From Octopus vulgaris (taxonomy: Eukaryota), in the NCBI GenBank assembly GCA_951406725.2, contig OX597822.1:9176001-9240000 (forward strand): a stretch of 64,000 bases of DNA, in the 5' to 3' direction. Shown piece after piece: positions 54,376 to 64,000 of the stretch. A program made the position numbers and the translations under genes. Under the pieces are notes generated by a model. The model did not search any database and had not been told where the DNA came from. It saw only the letters and a program-made list of their open reading frames with translations. The stretch's first letter is position 1. Each line of letters begins with the position of its first letter.

Positions 54376-54824
54376 ATATACATGTATATTGTGTACTGTG
54401 GTGTACAACACTTGCAGATCAAAGATTATGGTGTGTTTTGTTAACAGGTAAACACTGCACCACATGTAAACATTATGTTCAGTAAAATTAAACTATCGAT
54501 AAAGCTTTCATATTTTTACTAACATAAAAATGGTTGGTAGAGTTAAATATTTGCTCATGATAAAAATCGTTTTCTAAGACTATATCTTGTATCGCAAGTT
54601 GTGTAGATCAAAGGTACATTGTGTCAATAGCTGAATAAATAAAACCGTGAAATATAAACATGGTTTAGGTTAGAAATAAAAGATGTGATAGTTAAAACTC
54701 GAATACAAAGAAAATAGGAGAGGTTAATCATACAAACTTACAGTAATATATTTAATTATATACATACATACATGTGTGCACATAAATACATATACAGACT
54801 TGAGCTCATATATATATAACTATA

Positions 54825-54901
<77 letters not shown>

Positions 54902-54931
54902 ATATACATATATATGAATATATATATGTAT

Positions 54932-54964
<33 letters not shown>

Positions 54965-56220
54965 GGCACATATGTATAGTTATATATGCATATACCACAC
55001 ATTCAAACACATACATATGTGTATATATAGGTTAATGTGCATAAATTGAACCGAAGAAGAATTCGTTCAAAACCTCAATAACTGGAGTCCATATATATAT
55101 ATACACACACAAATATATACACGTACACACACACATATGTATGTGTGTGTGTATGTGTGTGTGTGCGTGCGTGTGTATATATATATATATATATGCATAT
55201 ATATTTATACATACCTACATTCAGACATGCACAGGTACGCATGTCATCAAAAGATCTTGGTTTCAATTCCAGAACCACGTGTTGCATTGTGTTCAGGTGC
55301 AAAACACCTGTTTTCACGTCGGTCCAGTCCTCTCATCTTTAAATGAGTAACCGTGCCAATGATTGGTATTCACGTTGCAAGGAAGGTCGTGACCTCAGGT
55401 ACTTATACGTTGTCTGCTGCATCTTGCCAGTTGGGTGGCATCGTTGGAAAGACTACAACAATGCGAGGAAACGCATTGCTATATTCAAATTGATGTATAC
55501 AGTGATATATATAGTGGAAAGCTTTCAATAAATGTGTTTTGCACAGTCACACACAAAGGTTTACTCCTGTGTGTCTTCTGCTGATATGAAGTAGGATTGT
55601 GTATGAGGTTTCATTGGAAAATGCAGAGTCTAAGGTCGTTTCTCATTGGTCATAGCTGGCTACATGATCGACCTTTTAAATAAGTGTCAGGCTGCTAATA
55701 TCGATTTGATCTAGGAAATCTACGAAGAGATACCCCAGCAATACCAAAGTTTAATGATTATTCGCATACACAAATAACCCTGTATATGTATGTTTGTATG
55801 CATGTATGTATGTATGCATACAGCACATGACCTTGAAGGTGGGGGCCCAGTTATAATTCTATTCAGGTTGAGTAGCCCATCCCTCTCAAAAGGTCCCCGA
55901 ATAAGGGTTGTTTAAGAATGATTGATAAACCCATGTTTCTAGGAGTAAATAATTCAAACCCCAAAGAATTCCTCTCAACACATAACTATGATGCTCTCCC
56001 ACTAATTCAGCTCGTGATCAAAGTTACACGTACAGTCAGCCACTGAAGGACATGCTCAACTGGTTAAGGTCAGGCAACTGGCAAGCAAGTCTGTAGTATT
56101 GAGCAGAATATTTGTTGCAGCCAATCTTTTATACCAAGACAAAATATATGCACGATAACTCTTTCAATCAGTTATGATCAGAAGCCATGAGAGTCAGTGT
56201 CTGTTACTGCATCAGGGCAT

Positions 56221-56232
56221 TTATTGTTGTTG

Positions 56233-56277
<45 letters not shown>

Positions 56278-56318
56278 TATTATAATTATTATTATTATAA
56301 TTATTATTATTGTTATTA

Positions 56319-56371
<53 letters not shown>

Positions 56372-56390
56372 ATTATTATTGTTGTTATTA

Positions 56391-56446
<56 letters not shown>

Positions 56447-56453
56447 GTTATTA

Positions 56454-56485
<32 letters not shown>

Positions 56486-56542
56486 GTTATTATCATTATT
56501 ATTAATATCATTATTATTATTATTATTATTATTATCATTATA

Positions 56543-56598
<56 letters not shown>

Positions 56599-56617
56599 CA
56601 TTATTATTACTATTATT

Positions 56618-56673
<56 letters not shown>

Positions 56674-56699
56674 CATCATTATTATTATTATTATTATTA
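56221..56699. repeat. Long (TTA)n microsatellite with TTG/TCA variants
   Basis: Direct reading. Confidence 0.95.
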
Positions 56700-57199
56700 A
56701 ATAAAACAAAACTTCAGACATGAATATTTATTGAACTCATATTCCGATGTATCTTTGTCTAACAAAAGCCTAGAATTGCCTTGTCTATTAAAACAATATT
56801 TTTTTCTCCTTTTCTGATTTCGCTGATTAGAACAACAGTTATAATTTCACTGCAGACAGTGTACAAAGATGACATATAGGATGATTGAACAATGTGACAG
56901 CTACATTAACAATTTATTATTTCAATCTGAATTCGATTTGAAATGGAACGGCAAAGATCAATAGCATTCTCAAGTGTCGATGTTTCATTTCAGTGACGAA
57001 ACGAACATATAATAGAGTGAGTAGAGATGAAGAGAGAGAGAGATGAAGAGAGAGATGGAAGGAGACAGAGAGATTACATAGATATGAATTTGCATATAAT
57101 TTTATGAATGTATACGTGTGTGTGTGTATAAATATGCAGATATACATATGCATATATATACATATATGTATTTATATTTATACACACACACACACACAT

Positions 57200-57234
<35 letters not shown>

Positions 57235-57311
57235 CATATATGTATATATGTATATTTAGTATATTTATACATATATACATATATATGTGTGAGTATCTGT
57301 GTGCATGTATG

Positions 57312-57360
<49 letters not shown>

Positions 57361-57505
57361 CGAGAGAGAAAGAGAGACAGTGAGAGATAGAGAGAGAGAG
57401 ATAGAGAGATATATACATACATACATACATACATATAGACACACGTACATATATATATATGCATACACATATATGTGCATATATATATATATGTGTGTAT
57501 GTATG

Positions 57506-57573
<68 letters not shown>

Positions 57574-58361
57574 TGTGTATGTCTGTCTGTCTGTATGTGT
57601 GTATGTATGTATCTATCTATATCTATTTATCTATACTACAATAGAGAAAGCTGCTTATTAATTAAGTATGTAACAACTACTAAAAGTGCTACAAGAAAGC
57701 AATTTTTAAAGGGTCAACCATCTGGAAATATTTTTATGCATTCATTTTTCTAAGAAATTTCCTATAAATTCGATTTCTGAAATTTCTTAAATGTTTTTAA
57801 CTCCAATTTCTCGCAAATTTAAACATTCATTGCATTCACTGCGGAATATTCCATTCTCTTAAGTTTTCATTCGCTATTTGGAAAAGTTTATTCTATTGAG
57901 GTATATGTAATATATTATTTATTATTCTATTAATGTTTACGTGATTTATTGAATGAAAAGTTTTATAATTCCCGTATAATTTTTGAACGCGGGTTAGCAG
58001 TGAGAAGATTCTAGAATGTTGAGTAATTACTATTAGAAGACGAGGGGAAAAGAAAACAGTTACACATACTGGAAACTTGTACCCTATTCACAGTATCCAA
58101 ACACTATGTACCATTAAGCCAATTTATACTCAAACAAGTTGCTCGAGCGACTTCAACAGTGACACAATCGCTCGTACACATTAGATACACATACACACAA
58201 ATGAAATGCAATCAATTTGTGTGTGTGTGTGTGTTTGCTGTTCATTGACAAAACTTCGTGCTGCATTACTTTTGCGAAGCTTTGACAGTGAACAGGTCAC
58301 GGTTTCAAAGCGAAGAAAATATTTTGGCACAAATGAAATTTTAATGTTGAACTGAAACTAG

Positions 58362-58568
58362 TACTACTTCAGTACAGAGGTTCATTAACGGTATTTAAAT
58401 ACATGTGTTACGTACAAAACATTTTAAATGTAAGCTGTGTGGACGTGTGTGACATCTTAAACCTAACCCTAGCTAACCCTAAAACTAACCCTAACCTTAA
58501 CCCTAAAAACTAACCTTCCCCTTCATATTGTTACGTAGATGCACAAGGACCTCTGTATTTAAGTAGTG
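58362..58568. mobile_element. MITE-like element with about 20-bp TIRs and internal CCCTAA-like repeats
   Basis: TACTACTTCAGTACAGAGGT ... ACCTCTGTATTTAAGTAGTG; AACCCTAA variants at 58460-58517. Confidence 0.65.
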
Positions 58569-59856
58569 CCGTGAAGCTAAGAGTTTCTATGCGTTCATGA
58601 ATGGCTTACAAACATCTACGCTGCAATTGCTTTTGTTTCAGCACATGATCTCAGATCAAGTCACTTGCTATGCAAGTACATCTCCGTAATTTTTTTTTTA
58701 ATTACTGTGGATCAATGCCAACAATGACCTTCTCAGGCTCTCCAGTATTTTAATTTCTAAACAGAAACGATCAGGGCCAGGGAGTGGGTTTGCAAAACCT
58801 TCATATTTTCTTTTTTATAGCATATACATTTTTTTGTGGGGAAAATATTGAAAAACATCGATACATGTATGACTGATAAAGAAACGAAGAGGGTTGTCTT
58901 TGGATATGCCAGAAACCACAGCCAAATCGCCCTTAAATCTCTCTTTTCGGTCTGAAAATATTAACAATTTAAAAACATTTTCCTTACCGAAAATGCTCAT
59001 CCCATGGTTTTGAAATGCAAAAAAAAAATTGGCCAAAATAGGTCCGGAATGGGATGATGAGGGAGAGGATGTTAAAACAGAGTTTACAAAACCTTTTCCA
59101 TATAAAGATGCCCCACACAACCTATAATTTCGAAGGCTGTGGTTTAAAAAAAAATTAGGAAAATCCCATAAAAAATCCCCCCCCCCCCAAAAAAAAATTT
59201 CTTTATAATCGTAATCAATGCCGTTTGAAAGGCACCTATATAAATTTTCGTTAATAGATACCCATCTTCCTGAAAGTTATGAGGGGAAAATGTCAGACCA
59301 TATGAATTTTCCAAAACTCCTCTCTCCATTTCCTCGGAAAACCTCTTTCTCATAAATCCCTGTGTACTCTAAATCCACAACATCTAAGCGGTGTTTGTAG
59401 AAATTTTTGTTGAAAAGCATCCATTTTTCTGGATGTCAGGAGGCAACAAAGTTGGAGGCGTATACATCTTAGCAATGCCCTTTTATTTATACGATTTTTT
59501 CATTTAATGTTTATTTCATTCATTGTTTGCAATGTCCTCTCTCCCTCCTCTCTCTCACACACACACATTGCAAAGCTTACAGAAAAGCTGCAGAATTGAA
59601 ATCTTTATGTTACTTTGAGGTGCGGGTGAAACTTGACAAAATGCTCCACCTGTTGGACTACCGTGATGATTGTTTAAAAAAAGGCAGATTATGACTGTGA
59701 TAAAATAATGAAAGCAATACTTTCTAAGCAAGTGAGCGCTATTATACAAAGAAATAATTAGATGTAAAATATAAAAATTATTAGAATAGGGAATCAAGTG
59801 TGAAAATATTATCAAGGGGCTAGCAGAAAACCGCCTGAAAAGCAATCTTTCTGCTA

Positions 59857-59896
<40 letters not shown>

Positions 59897-60221
59897 TACT
59901 ACTACTACTACGACCAACAATCACTACTGTTGCTACCATTGGAACACAAGGTAACAAAAAAGCGGTTCCTTTTGATACCAGCAAGAAACAGTGATGAACT
60001 TCTTCACTACAATCAACTGTAATATAGCTATTATACCTACAACCGACAAAACACCACCACATGGATTCTATTGAGACCAGTAAGAAACGATTATGAACTT
60101 TTCTATTGCACTTTTCTTTTTATAATATTTTTGATAAGGTTCGTTTTTTCAAGAACCGAAACATGTAAAATTCATAATAAAATTAAAATTTATCTAATAT
60201 ACTGGCGTTTTTCAAACTTCG

Positions 60222-60272
<51 letters not shown>

Positions 60273-61811
60273 ATTTGTAGCTATATGTATGTATACTATA
60301 CCTGTATAGTTGTTTTATTTCAGTATATTTGTAGGCATTTATATGTGAGCTTATTTGTATATGTACACATGTGTGTATGTACGTGTACATGTATGTTTAT
60401 ATATATATGCATGCATGTTTCTATGTGCGTATGCATTCGTTTATGCAAGAGTGTATATTTGTATTATTCCTATATATGTAAGTACACGCTTGTAAGTACG
60501 TTTGCAAGCATGTGTATGCTTGTATGCTTGTATGCCTGCTTGTATATATATGTGCTTACTTCTACGTGGAAATGTAGATTGCATGTCAATATTTGTACAT
60601 ATCTACATACGTTTCTATGTACGTGTGTATACTGTATGTGTATATATTAGTGTTAATGTTAATATATGTGTTTATATGTATATATGGAAATGTAAGCATC
60701 TGTATATGTTCGTATGTATTCACGTTTGTTGTATGTATAAATGCGTGTAAGAGCATGTAAATGCATATTTGCGTGTGCACGTGTTTTCATGCATGTATGC
60801 CTGCTCGTATTTATCTCTGAATTTCTATATATGCATATATGTACGTATGTTTACATTTACCTTTTTTGTTTGCATGTATGTGCTTGTATGTGTATGTATA
60901 TTTGCTCGTGAGAATCAAAATAGTGAAAATGTATATCTAAGCAGATATGAATATGCATGCTTATGTATGTTTACATATACGCATGTATAAAGCTCTGTGC
61001 AACTGTGTATGTATGAGTCTGTTTGTATGTGTTTACACATGTGTTTATATACATCTTTATATGTACGTGTATAAGTGTGCGTGTGTAGGTGTGTGTGCGT
61101 GCGTGTGTGTGCGTACGTATGCTTTAGTGAATCTTAGCATCATTAAAGGAGGGGATCTGAAAGAGGTTCTTAATGCTTTATGCTGTTGGGTTGCTGATGA
61201 AAACTACATGAAATTCCATGCTGAAAATCTTCAAACACGGCGCAACTGTGCAGCGGACTGGAAGAAATCCAGTGAGCATTCACGATAAATATTGCATCTA
61301 TTGAACAGCTTAACAATTGAGAGAAACAAAATACTTTACAGCTATATTTCTTATATCAAATATGGGCGAGATATGCAATAATTTACATGGAGAGGACACC
61401 ATAAAGACAAACCAAAGCTAAATCCGTACTGAATGTCAGTTTCTAGCATTAAATATATGGTCATATTATTCCCAGGTATAAAATTAGATCCTGCAACAGC
61501 ATGAAGTTCAAAATAATAGATTTATATATTTATGTATAAACTGACATCCCTAAATACAAGTACTGCATGGAATTGATGTAGGATCATTGAAGTTACATGT
61601 TCAAAACGTTCATTGCTGCGATTTTTTTTCCCAAATGACCCAACACTAACGCAAGAATTGAAGAGGTAATTATAATATTAAACTTTCGCAAATAAATAGA
61701 TGCATACAATAAGGAACGGTTGTTTGCATGCTTAAGAACCGTAAATCTCAAAACCCAAACCGTTTAAATTGTTAGAAGTGGCAAAAGTTAGGTGACGTCT
61801 TTGTAAACATG

Positions 61812-61874
<63 letters not shown>

Positions 61875-61897
61875 ATACATACATACATATATATAGG

Positions 61898-61935
<38 letters not shown>

Positions 61936-61971
61936 TATGTATATATATATATATGTATGTATAAAGGGTAG

Positions 61972-62309
61972 GTAAAGACCCCCTTCGGTCATGAATGACC
62001 ATGGGATTGCACCTAGAAAGTTACCCTCCTAGACACAAGTCCGGGCAAGGTTGTTTATGGAAGGCCAGCAGTCGCCCATGCATACCAGCCTCCCTCTCCA
62101 CGCCACCAGTGTTATCCAAGGGAAAGACAAAGGTCGATACAGCTTGGCACCAGTGACGTCGCAACTCATTTTTACAGCTGAGTGAACTGGAGCAACGTGA
62201 AATAAAGTGCCTTGCTCGAGAACACAACACGCAGCCCGGTCCGGGATTCGAGCTCACAACCTCACGATCGTTAGCTCGACGCTCTAACCACTGAGCCATG
62301 CGCCTTCAC
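61972..62309 (-). mobile_element. tRNA-derived SINE (family C), full length
   Basis: Minus-strand head GGCGCATGGCTCAGTGGTTAGAGCG...GAGCTCGAATCCC; body shared with 1349-1590. Confidence 0.8.
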
Positions 62310-62433
62310 ATGCATATATATATATATATATATATACATATATAAATATGTGTATAGATGTGTGTGTGTGTGCATTTCCATATATATATATATATACATA
62401 TATACATATATATACATATATGTATATATGTAT

Positions 62434-62469
<36 letters not shown>

Positions 62470-62693
62470 GTACACGAGGTCTGATCAAAAAGTATGGCCA
62501 CTGTTGCTATGATAAGGAAGCTAATGTATGCAGAGTGAAGTCACTTGGCACAGATTGACCTGGACCTCTCTCACGAAAGTTAAACCCTTCTCACACACTT
62601 CCCTTGTTTATAGCAGCGGTTGGCAGAAGAGCATGTAGAGTATAATCATTTTACTATGCCACAGAAGCTTCAACAGTGACCATGCCAGATAAA

Positions 62694-62742
<49 letters not shown>

Positions 62743-62882
62743 TGTGTGTGTGTGTGTGTGTCCATGCACAAATCACGGTCTGAAGATTAAATGAAGTTAT
62801 ATTAATGGTATATTTTCCTGGAAGTGTGAATATTCGCTTTGTAAGCGTTAGTTTTTTCAATATATACAATCATGCATTAGTG

Positions 62883-62896
62883 CAGATAGATAGATC

Positions 62897-62983
<87 letters not shown>

Positions 62984-63007
62984 GGATAGATAGATAGACA
63001 GACAGAT
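62883..63007. repeat. (GATA)n microsatellite
   Basis: Direct reading. Confidence 0.95.
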
Positions 63008-63234
63008 ATTTTTCAATTGTTCTATTATGTTGACTGCAGTCATACTGGATCGCAACCCTTAACGGTTTTAATTGATACCGGTAATTTTTTTTATAGCCTG
63101 GTACATATCCACTTGGTCTCTTCTGCACTAACTTCGATTGTCAAAGGACAGAGGGCACGAACGCAAACACAAAGATACAGACACGCACAAATACACAAAC
63201 ACACACATATGTATATATATACACATATATATGT

Positions 63235-63296
<62 letters not shown>

Positions 63297-63301
<5 letters not shown>

Positions 63302-63505
63302 ATCCAAACAAGAAAACACAAAAAAACACAGCAACGCGAGGACGTGGAACAAATAAAGTATTATTGGACGCTCAGGAAAGAATGGAAGAAGGAGGGTTTA
63401 ACGTTTCGTGTGGAGCTCTTCGTCGGAAACAAAGGAGAAGGAAAAATCCCGAGAAGGGAAGACAGAGGAAAAAAATTGCTGGCGGTGCTCACGAGGTCAC
63501 ATGTT
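63297..63505 (-). mobile_element. Second copy of the 37800-38006 repeat, with hammerhead-like motif at 63396-63430
   Basis: Minus strand GUUU-CCGACGA-A-GAGC-ucc-ACAC-GAAA-CG-UU-AAAC; abuts (TA)n. Confidence 0.65.
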
Positions 63506-63602
63506 GAACACAAATATATATATATATTATCATTATTATTATTATTATTATTAGTTCTAAATTTCTCTAAACGAGGCTACGGCAGCTGTATTGGGTATTA
63601 AT

Positions 63603-63867
63603 AGTTATCGCCAAGCTAACGTGGCAATCCAGAAAAATAGGACGAATCCTGCCGTTGATTAGCTCCAAAAGGCCGTCGCCTCTAGTAGCTATATGACACA
63701 TAAATCTGTGTCCATTGCAATCTTCGACTGATGACCTCCCCAGTTAGAAGTTGTAATGGACGGAGGTTTTTCTGTCACATAACTAACTAGAGGCGATGGA
63801 CTTTTGATTCTAATCAACGGCAGCATTCGTTCTATTTTTCTGGACTGCCGCATTAGCTTGGCGATAA

Positions 63868-63869
<2 letters not shown>
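63603..63869. mobile_element. Hairpin MITE-like element (about 125-bp imperfect arms, about 10-nt loop)
   Basis: AGTTATCGCCAAGCTAA ... TTAGCTTGGCGATAACT, with complementarity continuing to the centre near 63735. Confidence 0.8.
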
Positions 63870-63915
<46 letters not shown>

Positions 63916-64000
63916 GTTTATGAGTTTGTGGTGAAAGATTCCTGGTGTGAAATTGTGTGTTGAAATACTTCGAGTTGACAAAAAGCAAGAGAAATGTCCA

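Noticed and set aside
58460-58517. True telomere or chromosome-fusion scar
   Set aside because: Short, degenerate and enclosed by TIRs of a small element.
62225-62305. tRNA genes (also about 20315-20388, 51690-51750)
   Set aside because: tRNA-like SINE heads continuing into SINE bodies; no clean cloverleaf with acceptor stem and terminator.
62472-62620. Mariner-like TIR (TACACGAGGTCTGATCAAAAAGT)
   Set aside because: Only one end is seen, with no partner TIR or transposase; not reported as a feature.
63728-63745. CTGATGA at the centre of the terminal hairpin
   Set aside because: Partly sequestered in the stem and no GAAA strand in register.

Overview
AT-rich, microsatellite-dense eukaryotic DNA with no recognisable host protein-coding exon. 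The SINE families and (TA)n/(GATA)n/(TAA)n content look like an Octopus-type cephalopod intron or intergenic region (inference). Almost all long ORFs in the track are microsatellite artefacts. Real coding remnants are all transposon-derived: two Penelope-like GIY-YIG fragments, a decayed R4/Dong-like non-LTR element embedded in (TAA)n, a 5'-truncated but open Hero-like RLE element plus an older relative, RTE and other LINE fragments, and a mariner remnant. There are also Helitrons, a solo LTR, MITEs and many tRNA-derived SINEs. The main signal is RNA-structural. The 3' UTR of the Hero-like element contains all three hammerhead core strands with perfect consensus (GUC, GAAA, CUGAUGA), but in a non-circularly permuted, pseudoknotted order. 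The window also holds several Penelope-type minimal hammerheads, including a U3-A8 compensatory variant and (TA)n-flanked fold-backs that turn inside the ribozyme core, and a gap-free 134-bp hairpin biased to G-U pairs. All folds were derived by eye, and repeat boundaries are approximate.
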